A stretch of DNA of 64,000 nucleotides from Candidatus Woesearchaeota archaeon (GCA_047602905.1 JBLKOP010000003.1:15508-79507); one strand, 5' to 3'. Counted from the first letter of the stretch, positions 8,362-18,656 are shown. A program made the numbers and translations. The notes: generated by a model from the letters alone, not told the origin.

Positions 8362-9048
8362 GTGGCCGTAAACGCAGCAAGAGAAGAATGGAGGATACGA
8401 GACGGAGTATTTGACAACTTCACGCTGCGAATACTAGAAAAACTACGAGGACAAAAACACTTTGACGAACTAGAAAGTGCGCTAGCACTAGGAAAAGAAG
8501 CAAACGTATTCACAACAAAAGCAACGCAACCAACAGTAATAAAGATCTACCGCCTAGAAAACAAGGACTTCAACCAAATGCTAGGATACCTCCTACAAGA
8601 CCCTCGCTACATGCACACAAAAAGAAGAAAAAGAGAAATAGTCTTTGCATGGGCGCAAAGAGAATACAGAAACCTTCTTCTAGCAAGAGAAGCAATACCT
8701 GTACCAAAACCAATAGCGCACAACAAAAACGTACTTGTAATGGAGCAAATAGGAACTCCACAACCAGCACCCAAACTCAAAGACGCCCAACCAACAAACC
8801 CAGAAGAATTCTTTAGCAAAGTAGTACACTACATGAAAGAACTCTGGAGAATACACCTAGTACACGGAGACCTCAGCGACTTTAACATACTCAACAACAA
8901 CGAACAACCAGTATTTATTGATTTCAGCCAGTGCAGCAGAACAGACGCGCCAAACGCAGAAGAACTCTGGCAGCGAGACGTGAAAAACATCATAACAGCA
9001 GCAAGAAGAGCAGGATACGAACTAAGAGAAGAAGACTTTACTCGATAA
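8362..9048 (+). CDS. rio1: RIO1 family kinase
   Basis: GKEANVF, IKIYR, WAQREYRNL, LVHGDLSDFNIL, FIDFSQ. Confidence 0.93.
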   Translation: MAVNAAREEWRIRDGVFDNFTLRILEKLRGQKHFDELESALALGKEANVFTTKATQPTVIKIYRLENKDFNQMLGYLLQDPRYMHTKRRKREIVFAWAQREYRNLLLAREAIPVPKPIAHNKNVLVMEQIGTPQPAPKLKDAQPTNPEEFFSKVVHYMKELWRIHLVHGDLSDFNILNNNEQPVFIDFSQCSRTDAPNAEELWQRDVKNIITAARRAGYELREEDFTR

Positions 9049-9099
9049 CACCATATAAGAAGCCCAACCAATATAAAGAGAAGCTCATTTGCAAGCAGT

Positions 9100-9645
9100 A
9101 TGCTCTCCTACAACATAAAAATACCGCACGACAGAATAGCCGTCCTCATAGGAGTAGATGGCAAGACGAAGCGAAGAATAGAAAAAGCAACCAAATGCGA
9201 AATAGACGTAGAAAGCGTTGAAGGAGAAGTAACTATCTCAGGAGAAGACGGACTAGCACTCTTTGACGCACAACACATAATAAAAGCAATAGCAAGAGGG
9301 TTTAACCCAACAAAAGCTCTACGACTACAAAAACCAGACTACTCACTAGAACTCATAGACCTACAAGACTACCACGACAAAAAAAACCATCACGAACGAA
9401 TGAAAGGACGAGTAATAGGAAAAGAAGGAAAAAGTAGACGAGTAATCGAGCAACTAGCAGAATGCGACGTGTGCGTATACGGAAAAACAATAGGAATAAT
9501 AGCACCAACAGAAACCATAGGAATAGCAAAAAAAGCAATAGAGATGCTGCTTGAAGGAGCAAATCACAGCACCGTATTCACGTTTCTAGAAAAAAAACGC
9601 CGAGAACAAAAACTCGCAAGCCTCATGGGAGCAAAGAAAAGATAA
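9100..9645 (+). CDS. KH-domain pre-rRNA processing protein (Dim2/Pno1/Krr1 family)
   Basis: RIAVLIGVDGKTK, AIARGF, KGRVIGKEGKSR, EMLLEGANHSTV. Confidence 0.92.
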   Translation: MLSYNIKIPHDRIAVLIGVDGKTKRRIEKATKCEIDVESVEGEVTISGEDGLALFDAQHIIKAIARGFNPTKALRLQKPDYSLELIDLQDYHDKKNHHERMKGRVIGKEGKSRRVIEQLAECDVCVYGKTIGIIAPTETIGIAKKAIEMLLEGANHSTVFTFLEKKRREQKLASLMGAKKR

Positions 9646-9711
9646 ACAACTCGCATTTTCTTACATTCTTTACGAAACGTTTAAAACACAGACAAAAGAA
9701 CTACGTATATA

Positions 9712-11358
9712 GTGGCCACAGCAGAAGAACTAGCAAAACAGCAACGAGAAATAAGCATAGCAGAATTCTTTGAGAAAAACAGACACTTACTAGGCTTTGA
9801 CAACGCAAGAAAAGCACTCCTAACAACAGTAAAAGAAGCAGTAGATAACAGCCTAGACGCATGTGAAGAAGCAGACATCCTACCAGAAATAGAAGTAGAA
9901 ATCATAGACATGGGAAATGACCGCTACAGAATAATCATCGAAGATAACGGACCAGGAATAATAAAAGCACAAATAGGAAAAATATTTGCAAAACTCCTGT
10001 ACGGAAGCAAATTTCACAAACTTTCCCAGTCTCGCGGCCAACAAGGAATAGGAATAAGTGCTTCAGTAATGTACGGACAACTAACTACAGGACGAGCAGC
10101 AAGAATAACCAGCAAAACAAGCCAAGAAAAACTTGCAGAATACGTAGAAGTAAAGATAGACACAAAAACGAACAAGCCAGACATCGTTAGAGAAGAAGAA
10201 AAAGAATGGAGTAAAGCACGAGGAACAAGAGTAGAAATAGACCTTGAAGGAAGTTACGCGAAAGGAAGCCAATCAGTGGATGAATACCTCAAACAAACAG
10301 CAATAGTAAACCCGCACTTACAACTCATTTACGTAAACCCGCGAGGAGAGCAGTACCTCTTTCCACGAGCAACAGAAAAACACCCAGAACTACCCCAAGA
10401 AATCAAACCTCACCCGTACGGAGTAGAACTCGGAATGCTCATCAAAATGCTAGGATCAGCAGAACAAAGAACCGTACTAGCATTTCTAAGAGAAGAATTT
10501 GTACGCGTAAGCAACGCAGTAGCAAACGAGATACTCGGACACGCAAAGATAAGCCCAAAAGCAAAACCAAAAAGTCTACAGCGAGAACAAGCAGAAGAAC
10601 TCATAAAAGCAATAAAAAAAACAAAAATTATGAGTCCACCAACAGACTGCATAAGCCCAATAGGAGAAGAACTCCTGCTTAAAGGACTAAAAAAAGAAGT
10701 AAACGCGGAGTTCTACACAGCAGTAAGCAGAACACCAGCAGTATACAGAGGAAATCCGTTTGCCATAGAAGCAGCGATAGCATACGGAGGAAACATCAAA
10801 AGTGACGGAGCAGTCAATGTTTTACGATTCGCAAACAAAGTACCCTTACTCTACCAGCAAGGAGCGTGCGCAATAACAAAAGCAATTAGTGAAACCAACT
10901 GGAAAAGCTACGGACTAGAACAATCAGGAAATAACCTCCCAAAAGGACCAGCAGTTATTCTTGTACACATGGCAAGTGTGTGGGTGCCCTTTACCAGTGA
11001 AGCAAAAGAAGCAATGGCGCACTACGATGACATCATCAAAGAAATCAAGCTCGCAGTACAAGAAGCAGGGCGCAACCTACAAACCTACACGAAGAAAAAA
11101 CAAAAAGTAGGACGAGAACTCAAGAAAAGAAGCTACATAGAAAAATACTTACCACACCTCGCAAGCAGCGTAACAGCAATACTAGAAGGAGACAGAGCAG
11201 ACGAGGAAGAACTCACCAACCACTTAGTAGACTTACTAGAAAAGAAAAGAGGAGCATTAGATGATCTGCGCTTTGACCCAGAAGCAAACGAGGAGTACGA
11301 CGAAGAATTCGCAAAGATAGGACGAGAAGACGAGGAGGAAGAAAAAGATGAGTTCTAA
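9712..11358 (+). CDS. top6B: DNA topoisomerase VI subunit B
   Basis: [44 protein letters not shown]. Confidence 0.97.
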   Translation: MATAEELAKQQREISIAEFFEKNRHLLGFDNARKALLTTVKEAVDNSLDACEEADILPEIEVEIIDMGNDRYRIIIEDNGPGIIKAQIGKIFAKLLYGSKFHKLSQSRGQQGIGISASVMYGQLTTGRAARITSKTSQEKLAEYVEVKIDTKTNKPDIVREEEKEWSKARGTRVEIDLEGSYAKGSQSVDEYLKQTAIVNPHLQLIYVNPRGEQYLFPRATEKHPELPQEIKPHPYGVELGMLIKMLGSAEQRTVLAFLREEFVRVSNAVANEILGHAKISPKAKPKSLQREQAEELIKAIKKTKIMSPPTDCISPIGEELLLKGLKKEVNAEFYTAVSRTPAVYRGNPFAIEAAIAYGGNIKSDGAVNVLRFANKVPLLYQQGACAITKAISETNWKSYGLEQSGNNLPKGPAVILVHMASVWVPFTSEAKEAMAHYDDIIKEIKLAVQEAGRNLQTYTKKKQKVGRELKKRSYIEKYLPHLASSVTAILEGDRADEEELTNHLVDLLEKKRGALDDLRFDPEANEEYDEEFAKIGREDEEEEKDEF

Positions 11359-12439
11359 AGAAGAAACACTAAAAAAAATACGTTCAGTAGCACAAAACAT
11401 CAAGAACATGGTCGAGCAAGACCAAGCACCAGTCCTCTCAAGTCCTGTAAGAAGCCTCTCAAACGTCGATTACGACGCAACAGTAGGGCACTTCGTACTC
11501 AAAGGAAGCACGAAAGAGCGACAACTCAACGCAAACACCATAAAAACATTTGCACAAACACTTCTCTTACTCAAAGAAGCAAAAGAAGTCGTAGAAACAG
11601 ACGACATCATGACCAAAAGAGAAGCGTATTATGTAAGTAAGAACTGGGGGGATGCGAAGTTTAACGAACAACCAGAAAGCGACTCAGTAATGGATGACAT
11701 AGAAGCAATGCTAGGAATTTTGCGAGAAGCACTCGGTTTCATACCAGAAGAAGACGGAGGAGCAGTAGCAGGAAAACTCGTTATTATCGATCAAGACCCA
11801 GAAACAAAAAAAGACATACGTATAGACTGCACAAAATTTGGTTCAGGAGCCTATAACATTCCTTCAGACGTAGAAGAATTGCGCTTTGAGACAGACGCAA
11901 AATTCGTGTTAGCAATAGAAACAGCAGGTATGTTTCAGAGACTCGTAAAAAACAAGTTCTACACAAAACACAACTGCATCCTCGTAAGCATGAAAGGAGT
12001 ACCGAGCAGAGCAACAAGAAGATTCGTACGAAGACTAGCAGACGACAAAAAACTCCCTGTATTCGTATTCGTAGACGGGGATCCGTACGGACACACAAAC
12101 ATATACAGAACTTTTAAAGTTGGCAGTGGAAACGCAGCACACGTAAACCAATACTTCTGCGTACCACAAGCAAAACTTTTAGGAGTAACACCAAAAGACA
12201 TAGAAGACTACGACCTACCAACCCACGAACTAAAAAGCGTAGATATCAAACGAGCAAAAGACGCACTAAAAAACGACCCGTTCATTAAACAACACCCAAA
12301 ATGGCAAGAAGCAATTAAACTCATGCTGAAGCAAGGAAAAAGAAGCGAGCAGCAAAGCTTAGCAAAATACGGTCTTAACTACGTAGCAGAAAAATACTTA
12401 CCGGAGAAGTTAGCAAACCCTGATAGCTGGCTACCATAA
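11348..12439 (+). CDS. top6A: DNA topoisomerase VI subunit A
   Basis: TKREAYY (catalytic Tyr), [27 protein letters not shown]. Confidence 0.97.
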   Translation: MSSKEETLKKIRSVAQNIKNMVEQDQAPVLSSPVRSLSNVDYDATVGHFVLKGSTKERQLNANTIKTFAQTLLLLKEAKEVVETDDIMTKREAYYVSKNWGDAKFNEQPESDSVMDDIEAMLGILREALGFIPEEDGGAVAGKLVIIDQDPETKKDIRIDCTKFGSGAYNIPSDVEELRFETDAKFVLAIETAGMFQRLVKNKFYTKHNCILVSMKGVPSRATRRFVRRLADDKKLPVFVFVDGDPYGHTNIYRTFKVGSGNAAHVNQYFCVPQAKLLGVTPKDIEDYDLPTHELKSVDIKRAKDALKNDPFIKQHPKWQEAIKLMLKQGKRSEQQSLAKYGLNYVAEKYLPEKLANPDSWLP

Positions 12440-12499
12440 GTTTAGTACGTATTGAAACTATATCCGAGCTATATAAACAACGAGTACTTAGTTACTTAC

Positions 12500-12559
12500 A
12501 TGAAGCTTAACCTAACAGTAGCAAGTATAACAATCATCCTTCTCATAGCAATATGGTAA
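12500..12559 (+). CDS. Possible 19-aa hydrophobic peptide
   Basis: MKLNLTVASITIILLIAIW*, with TATATAAA about 23 nt upstream. Confidence 0.35.
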   Translation: MKLNLTVASITIILLIAIW

Positions 12560-12591
12560 ACACATAAATACTTTTTCGCATTTCTTGTTAC

Positions 12592-12772
12592 ATGCAAGAA
12601 GTAGAGCTAAAGTTTATCGAAATAAACAAAGAGGAAATGATTTCACGCATAGAAGCATTAGGAGCTAACAAAAAGTATTCTCACACGCTTCAAAGCACGA
12701 TGTTTGGAGCAAAAGGGTACTGCATTAATTCAAGCATTGATAAACCATACCTGCGAGTACGCCAAATAGGAG
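12592..12772 (+). pseudogene. CYTH (class IV adenylate cyclase/triphosphatase) gene, 5' part, interrupted by an insertion
   Basis: N-terminal EVELK (ExExK) motif and YLRVRQIG; CYTH resemblance stops at ~12772. Confidence 0.85.
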
Positions 12773-13705
12773 TTATCTGCTCATTGAGAATAGGCAAGGA
12801 AGAGCAAAGTATTTGTTGTTACTATTTAGTTATTAATTTACGAATATTTATATAGTTGTGATACATTCTGTTTAATATGGCTGATAAGAACTCTATTCAC
12901 ATGCACTCAGGAAATTATGATATTCTTGAAAAGGTAAGTGAAAACTTTCAAAATTTGGAGCATCTCACAACAGCTGAATATCTTGCAAATAGGCTTTATT
13001 CTAAAGAAATTATTCCTTTACCGGAAAATGCTAAGCACAAACTTATTGGTCTTGCAGAAAAAATTTATGATATGGGAATTAGTGAGTCAGAAAAAGATCG
13101 TTCTATTGCTCGAAGAGCGGTTCCTCGTCTCATTAAAACAATAGCTGATGCGTACAGCTCAGAAAAAGATGCTCATGGAGAAACGCTCAAACACTTCTTT
13201 GAAGATGACAATAAATTAATCAGTGGTCTTGCTAAACTTGCATATGAACGAACTCCTGTGCGTCAACGAGAGCTCAAAGAAAATCATTTAGCATGGTATG
13301 ACTTGTCAGACAATTTAAAGACTCAAGAAATTCAGACCAAGTCAAAAGACCCTCGTGATAAAATTGCGGAATTCCTTCAACAGACCACTGCTCCTAAAAC
13401 ACAGGATACACCTATCCAAACACACATACACACTGAAAAATATTCTGGGAGGGCTGCACTTAATGTTGATGATATTATGCATACACTTGAAGTAAAAGAA
13501 TTTAATGTGCTAAAAGAATTTAATGTGCTAAACTTTTTTCGCAGAAACCAAGATAGACCACAATACAATATTCCAAACTGGTGATTTGTATTCAGCACTA
13601 AATTGCACTTTCTTTGCTCTTCTTACTTCGTATTTTTCTCAACGCCGCTAACGCTCAGATAACATGCTCTAAAACGCATTGCAAGCAACGCGCTTTACTG
13701 CTGAT
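12773..13705 (+). mobile_element. Inserted one-ORF element, integron-cassette-like (attC-like right end, no integrase)
   Basis: Removal restores CAA ATA GGA GAT AAA GTA (QIGDKV). Left end G|TTATCTG; complementary CAGATAAC at 13656-13663 followed by a hairpin at 13666-13701. Alternative in-frame boundaries are 12772..13707. Confidence 0.75.
12877..13584 (+). CDS. Hypothetical cargo protein of the inserted element
   Basis: 235-aa ORF with its own TTTATATA box at 12847-12854; codon usage more T-rich than flanking + strand genes; internal 18-bp tandem duplication (KEFNVL twice). Confidence 0.8.
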   Translation: MADKNSIHMHSGNYDILEKVSENFQNLEHLTTAEYLANRLYSKEIIPLPENAKHKLIGLAEKIYDMGISESEKDRSIARRAVPRLIKTIADAYSSEKDAHGETLKHFFEDDNKLISGLAKLAYERTPVRQRELKENHLAWYDLSDNLKTQEIQTKSKDPRDKIAEFLQQTTAPKTQDTPIQTHIHTEKYSGRAALNVDDIMHTLEVKEFNVLKEFNVLNFFRRNQDRPQYNIPNW

Positions 13706-14046
13706 ATAAAGTACTTATAACGCACAAAAGCCCAAGTCAAAGCAGCCAGTTTGATAGCCGCGAAGAAACAGAAATAATAACAAGCGCTTCGTACGAGCAA
13801 ACGATAGCTTTCATCGAGAAACTTGGCTTTAGCGCGCACAAAGACATCGCTAAGCATAGAACGCATTATGAGCTGGGAAACACTCATTTTGAGATAGACG
13901 AATACGAACAACTCCCGCCATACTTAGAGATAGAGACGCAAAACGAAAAAGACATGATTATGATATGTGAGAAGCTTGGACTTGACCCTGCAGAAGGAAA
14001 ACCGTTCTCTATAGTAGATATATACCCAGAATTAGTAATAGACTAA
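13706..14046 (+). pseudogene. CYTH gene, 3' part
   Basis: Open frame KVLITHKSP...SREETEI...KLGF...KHRTHYELGNTHFEIDEY...PPYLEIET...LVID* with no start codon of its own. Confidence 0.85.
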
Positions 14047-14468
14047 TTCTCTCGTACATCAACAACAGACAAGTCTTTTCGTATCTTTATAAGAGCGTCC
14101 AAGTTATAGAGTAAGCCATGATTTATGTCTCCAGAGCCTGTGTGAAGAACTTCTAAGTTAAGAACTGTTTTGTCAACAAACAACTCGCAATTAATTGTTA
14201 AGGGACAGCACTCACCAGGAAGCCAACCAAGCTCTATTAACTCTTCTGGTCGCAGAGGACTAACAGCGTCATCAACTATTTCACGAATTTTCTTGTACGA
14301 GACACGATCATCTTTTTTTACCGCAACAGCAAACGGCTCAGAGGAGCTGCGCTTCTTAAAAACAACTGTTTTCACCACGTCTCCCTTATCAGCATACGCC
14401 TCAAGTACCTCACAAGAAAACCCGTGCTTCTCAAGCAAAGAAACAGCAACTTGTACTTTCTCATTCAT
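14043..14468 (-). CDS. YbaK/ProX-like aminoacyl-tRNA editing domain protein
   Basis: VVKTVVFK, RVSYKKI, LGWLPGECCPL, VDKTVL, TGSG; ATG at 14468. Confidence 0.8.
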   Translation of the reverse strand: MNEKVQVAVSLLEKHGFSCEVLEAYADKGDVVKTVVFKKRSSSEPFAVAVKKDDRVSYKKIREIVDDAVSPLRPEELIELGWLPGECCPLTINCELFVDKTVLNLEVLHTGSGDINHGLLYNLDALIKIRKDLSVVDVREN

Positions 14469-14542
14469 AAACAAAACAAACAAGTAAGTCTTTAAGTCTG
14501 TTTTGCTAAACTACTTAAACAAGAAGCAACCAAAGACTCTGT

Positions 14543-15700
14543 ATGGTAACAGTAACTCCTTGGGACGTAGTAGGAACTATTGATTATGACAAGCTCATAG
14601 AAGAGTTTGGAGTGCAAAAACTCACACAAGATCTTAAGAAGCGCTTAGAAAAACACGCACAAAAAAAAGGCTTTCCACTACACAGACACCTGAGAAGAAA
14701 CTTAGTGTTTGCTCACAGAGACCTAGAAAAATTCTTAGACGCTTATGAAGCAGATAAACCCGTAGCTTTGTACACAGGAAGAAGCCCTTCAGGAAACATA
14801 CACCTAGGACACATGTACGTGTGGGAGTTTACGAAATGGCTTCAAGACGTCTTTGACTGCGAGCTTTACTTTCAGTTTCCTGACGAAGAAAAATTTTTGT
14901 TCAAACAAGAACTTAGCTACGAAGAAGCACAAAAATACTTAGAAGAAAACCTCCTAGACGTAGCAGCAATGGGCTTTAAGAAAGAAAAAACGTATTTCCT
15001 CATAGACACCAAGCACGCAAACACGCTCTACCCACTAGCACTACAAGTAGCGAAGAAAATCACGTACAACCAAGTAAAAAGCACGTTTGGATTTACAGAT
15101 AGCCAAAACATAGGAGCAATTTTTTACACAGCAATGCAAGCAGTACCCGCAATCCTGCCAAGCATAGATAACGGCACAGAAACCTACGTACTCATCCCGC
15201 ACGCAATAGACCAAGACCCACACTTTAGAATAAGTAGAGACGTCATAAAAAAACTCGGCTACCCAAAACCAGCAAGCATCCAAGGAAGATTCCTACCAGG
15301 ACTAGCAGGACAAGAAACCGATGGGAAAATGAGCAGCAGCAAAGAACAAACAGCAATATACAGCACAGACACAGCAAGTCAGATAAAGAAAAAAATCAAT
15401 AAATACGCGTACAGCGGAGGAAGAGAAACACTAGAAGAACATAGAAGACGAGGAGGAAAGCCAGAAGTAGACGTAGCGTATCAGTGGCTAACGTTCTTTT
15501 TAGAAGATGATAAAGAGCTTAAAGAACTTCATGAATTATACACAGAAGGAGAACTACTCAGCGGAGAGATGAAAGCAAGATGCATAGAAGTAATCCAAAA
15601 ATACTTACAAGAACACCAAACACGAAGAACAACAGTTAAGGTAAACAACTTCTTATACGATAAGCGTAAGAAAACTCACGATTCCCAAAGCAAACAATAA
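14543..15700 (+). CDS. trpS: Tryptophan--tRNA ligase
   Basis: VTPWDV, YTGRSPS, HLGH, DQDPHFR, KMSSS. Confidence 0.97.
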   Translation: MVTVTPWDVVGTIDYDKLIEEFGVQKLTQDLKKRLEKHAQKKGFPLHRHLRRNLVFAHRDLEKFLDAYEADKPVALYTGRSPSGNIHLGHMYVWEFTKWLQDVFDCELYFQFPDEEKFLFKQELSYEEAQKYLEENLLDVAAMGFKKEKTYFLIDTKHANTLYPLALQVAKKITYNQVKSTFGFTDSQNIGAIFYTAMQAVPAILPSIDNGTETYVLIPHAIDQDPHFRISRDVIKKLGYPKPASIQGRFLPGLAGQETDGKMSSSKEQTAIYSTDTASQIKKKINKYAYSGGRETLEEHRRRGGKPEVDVAYQWLTFFLEDDKELKELHELYTEGELLSGEMKARCIEVIQKYLQEHQTRRTTVKVNNFLYDKRKKTHDSQSKQ

Positions 15701-16456
15701 CGAAGCAACGTAACGCTCACGAACATGCGTAGGAAGAGAAGCACGAAAACGACTAGCAACAAGAACACCAGCAAGCATCCCTGAAGCGCCCAAAAAAAAG
15801 AATTTCTTAAGAGACAAAACAAGCGCAGAATCAGTAAACCACAAATGAGCAAGATGAGAGGAAGCAACCACTAAAGCAGTAATAGCAATAATAAACATAC
15901 TCGTAGCAGCAGCCATATCACCAGGCATACGATACTTCTTCAAAAAAACGTAGTTATTCACCTCACCAACACCCGTACCGGTAAGGCCAGCAAGCAAACC
16001 AGAAGTCGTTCCCGAAAAAATACTGATACTACGAGCAAGACCAAACTGACTACTCACATACCCAGAAGAAGGATCATCAAAACGATACAATACTTCGTGC
16101 TCAGGATGAAAAATAAGCACGGCCATAATGAGAAGAACAGAAGAAAAAATGATTACAGAAGTAGACGTAGTAATAAGCGTAGAAACAATAACGCCAACAA
16201 CAGCAGCAGGAACAGTATTTACAAGCGTCTGAGCAGCGAGTCTATACGCGACAAGACGCTGACGAATAAACGAGAGAAGAGCAGCGCTAAAACCAACAAT
16301 CTCAATAAGAAGAGTAACAGCAATAGCAGCACCAAAAGGAAAATTCATAACGATAACTAAGAACGGAAGAAACATAGGAGCAACTCCAATACCAAAAGAC
16401 ATACTAATAATACCAAATAATGTGCTGAGAAGAAAAAAAAGCAGTTCGTTAATCAT
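15653..16456 (-). CDS. TauE/SafE family membrane protein (copy 1)
   Basis: Multi-TM; FGIGVAPMFLP, GLTGTGVGE, AAATS. Confidence 0.8.
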   Translation of the reverse strand: MINELLFFLLSTLFGIISMSFGIGVAPMFLPFLVIVMNFPFGAAIAVTLLIEIVGFSAALLSFIRQRLVAYRLAAQTLVNTVPAAVVGVIVSTLITTSTSVIIFSSVLLIMAVLIFHPEHEVLYRFDDPSSGYVSSQFGLARSISIFSGTTSGLLAGLTGTGVGEVNNYVFLKKYRMPGDMAAATSMFIIAITALVVASSHLAHLWFTDSALVLSLKKFFFLGASGMLAGVLVASRFRASLPTHVRERYVASLLFALGIVSFLTLIV

Positions 16457-16506
16457 AAGCAGTATTTAGCCACTCATAGACTATAAACCCTGCGATAAAA
16501 AAAAGC

Positions 16507-17325
16507 TTATATGATTAAGGTGAGAAAACCAACGATTCCTAAAGCAAACAATAACGAAGCGACGTAACGCTCACGAACGCGTCCAGACAAAGAAACGCGG
16601 TAACGAGAAGAAATAAACACTCCCATAAGAGACCCTGCACACCCAAGAGCAGAAACAACCACTATCTCACTAAGTACGTGAGGAGTTACTAGCCAAGTCT
16701 GAATAAGCTGACCAGAAGAGACCACAAGAGCAGCCACTGCAATAATAAAAACAGAAGTAGCAGTAGCCATATCAGCAGACATACGGTACTTCTTTAAGAA
16801 AACATAATTGTTTATTTCACCAGCACCCATACCAGTAATTCCTTGCAGAACTCCCGAGGTAGTACTTGCAAACAAACTAATACTACGAGCAATACCAAAC
16901 TCGCTATGAATATAGCCAGAAGAAGGCTCATCAAAACGATACATAATCTCGTGATCAGGATGAAATACTAACGTTGCTAGCAATAAAAGACCAGATGAAA
17001 AAATAATTATTAGTACGCTTTGCGAGAGCATCGTAGAAAGAACCACGCCAACAATAGCAGCAGGAATAACATTTATGAGAATCTGAGTAGCTAAATGATA
17101 CGCAATTATGCGCTGACGAATAAACGAGAACAAAGCAGAGGAGAACGTAACTAACTCAATAATAAGCGCAGAAGCAATAGCAGCACTAAATGGAAAGCCC
17201 ATAACAAGAACAAAGAACGGAAGAAACATCGGAGAAATACCGATACCAAACGTCATACTAATAATACTAAATAACGCGCCGATAAGAATAAGCAAGGCGT
17301 GGTCAAACATGTACGTACTAGCCAT
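16507..17325 (-). CDS. TauE/SafE family membrane protein (copy 2, tandem paralog)
   Basis: Co-linear with copy 1 (NNYVFLKKYRM, VRERYVASLLFALGIV shared). Confidence 0.8.
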   Translation of the reverse strand: MASTYMFDHALLILIGALFSIISMTFGIGISPMFLPFFVLVMGFPFSAAIASALIIELVTFSSALFSFIRQRIIAYHLATQILINVIPAAIVGVVLSTMLSQSVLIIIFSSGLLLLATLVFHPDHEIMYRFDEPSSGYIHSEFGIARSISLFASTTSGVLQGITGMGAGEINNYVFLKKYRMSADMATATSVFIIAVAALVVSSGQLIQTWLVTPHVLSEIVVVSALGCAGSLMGVFISSRYRVSLSGRVRERYVASLLFALGIVGFLTLII

Positions 17326-17403
17326 GTAATGCCTTAAAAAGCTACAGCTCTCCTAAAAAGGAGTAACGAAACAATATAAAACAAGTTACTGAATAGACTA
17401 CAC

Positions 17404-18417
17404 GTGGTATTAGAAAAACTCATCAAACCAAAACTGCTAGAAAAAAACTTCTTGTACGCAATAACAATAGCAATCATGTACTCATGTATAGGAATAGTAC
17501 TTGGAAGATTCATCTTCGGAGCAAACGCAGGAGTAATGAGTGTAGTATTCACAAGCCTCTTCTTAATACCAGCACTCAGAAACTTACTACGAGCAGAGGA
17601 GCTAGATGAAGAAAAAGAAACAACATTTAGCATACAACACCTCATACAAGATAACAAACCACTCATCAAAGCATACACAGGAATATTCGCAGGAGTATTC
17701 ATAACATACTTTCTTGTATCAAGCCTGTTTCCAAGCGCAGGAATAAACGTCTTTAACATCCTACGAGAACAACTCGCACTCGACCCCTCCTTTGCAGGAA
17801 GAGCAAGCTTCATGTTGGGCATGTTCTGGAGCATTCTTGCAAACAACTGGTTAGTGCTGCTAGTAATATTTATTCTTGCACTACTCGTAGGAGATGGAGC
17901 AATATTCTTTGTCACCTGGAACGCAAGCGCGTGGGGAGCAATTTTTGGTTACAGAGCATTTGCAGCAAGCCAAGTAAGTGAAACAACACTACTCATTACT
18001 TCGTTAACGCTGCTGGCAATAGTTATTTGGCACACAATACTAGAAGGAGGAGCATACATTCTAGCAGCACTTGCAGGAAGCGCAATAAGCTACGCAGTAA
18101 TTAAACGAACAGATGAGCTGCACAAATACGTAGAATACATCGCGCTAGCAGTAATCGCGTACTTAGCAGTAGCGTTCTTTATGAGACCCTTTGACACAGC
18201 AACACGCATGATCGTTCTTATACCTACAGCGCTCATAGCACTCTACTATACGCACTACGCGTTCACGAATAAAAAACATCAACAAGTCTTTGTCTACAAC
18301 TACTGGCTGCTCGTCATAGCAATAGCCGTGTTCGTTCTCGGAGTACTCCTAGAAACGTTTGTGCTCGCAAACAGCCAAACACTAGCAACGATATACGCAC
18401 AAGCAGCAATGTTTTAA
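17404..18417 (+). CDS. SpoIIM-like (DUF95) membrane protein
   Basis: SILANNWLV, WNASAWG, HTILEGGAYILAALAG. Confidence 0.75.
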   Translation: MVLEKLIKPKLLEKNFLYAITIAIMYSCIGIVLGRFIFGANAGVMSVVFTSLFLIPALRNLLRAEELDEEKETTFSIQHLIQDNKPLIKAYTGIFAGVFITYFLVSSLFPSAGINVFNILREQLALDPSFAGRASFMLGMFWSILANNWLVLLVIFILALLVGDGAIFFVTWNASAWGAIFGYRAFAASQVSETTLLITSLTLLAIVIWHTILEGGAYILAALAGSAISYAVIKRTDELHKYVEYIALAVIAYLAVAFFMRPFDTATRMIVLIPTALIALYYTHYAFTNKKHQQVFVYNYWLLVIAIAVFVLGVLLETFVLANSQTLATIYAQAAMF

Positions 18418-18443
18418 AAAGAACAACTCCACACACAAATACA

Positions 18444-18656
18444 ATGGTAGAAGCACTTCCTCTATACTTACAACTACCCTACGTACTTGTATGGAGCATC
18501 CCACTACTTATATGGGTGGTTGTTTGGAAAGCAATGGCGCTATGGAAATCCGCTCGCAACAAACAACTCGGCTGGTTTATAACACTACTTCTCATACAAA
18601 CCCTTGGGATACTGGACTTACTATATATCCTCTTCTTTCAGCGAGAAAAGAAATGA
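18444..18656 (+). CDS. Small membrane protein (DUF5652-like)
   Basis: WKAMALWKSARNKQLGWF...TLGILDLLY. Confidence 0.8.
   Translation: MVEALPLYLQLPYVLVWSIPLLIWVVVWKAMALWKSARNKQLGWFITLLLIQTLGILDLLYILFFQREKK

Noticed and set aside
12773-12855. C-terminus VICSLRIG... of the 87-aa ORF as a real protein end
   Set aside because: Read-through into the inserted element.
12773-13705. IS element, intein or BHB intron
   Set aside because: The cargo lacks recognisable transposase or homing-endonuclease motifs; in-frame stops exclude an intein; no bulge-helix-bulge was found at the junction. RNA-level removal is not formally excluded.
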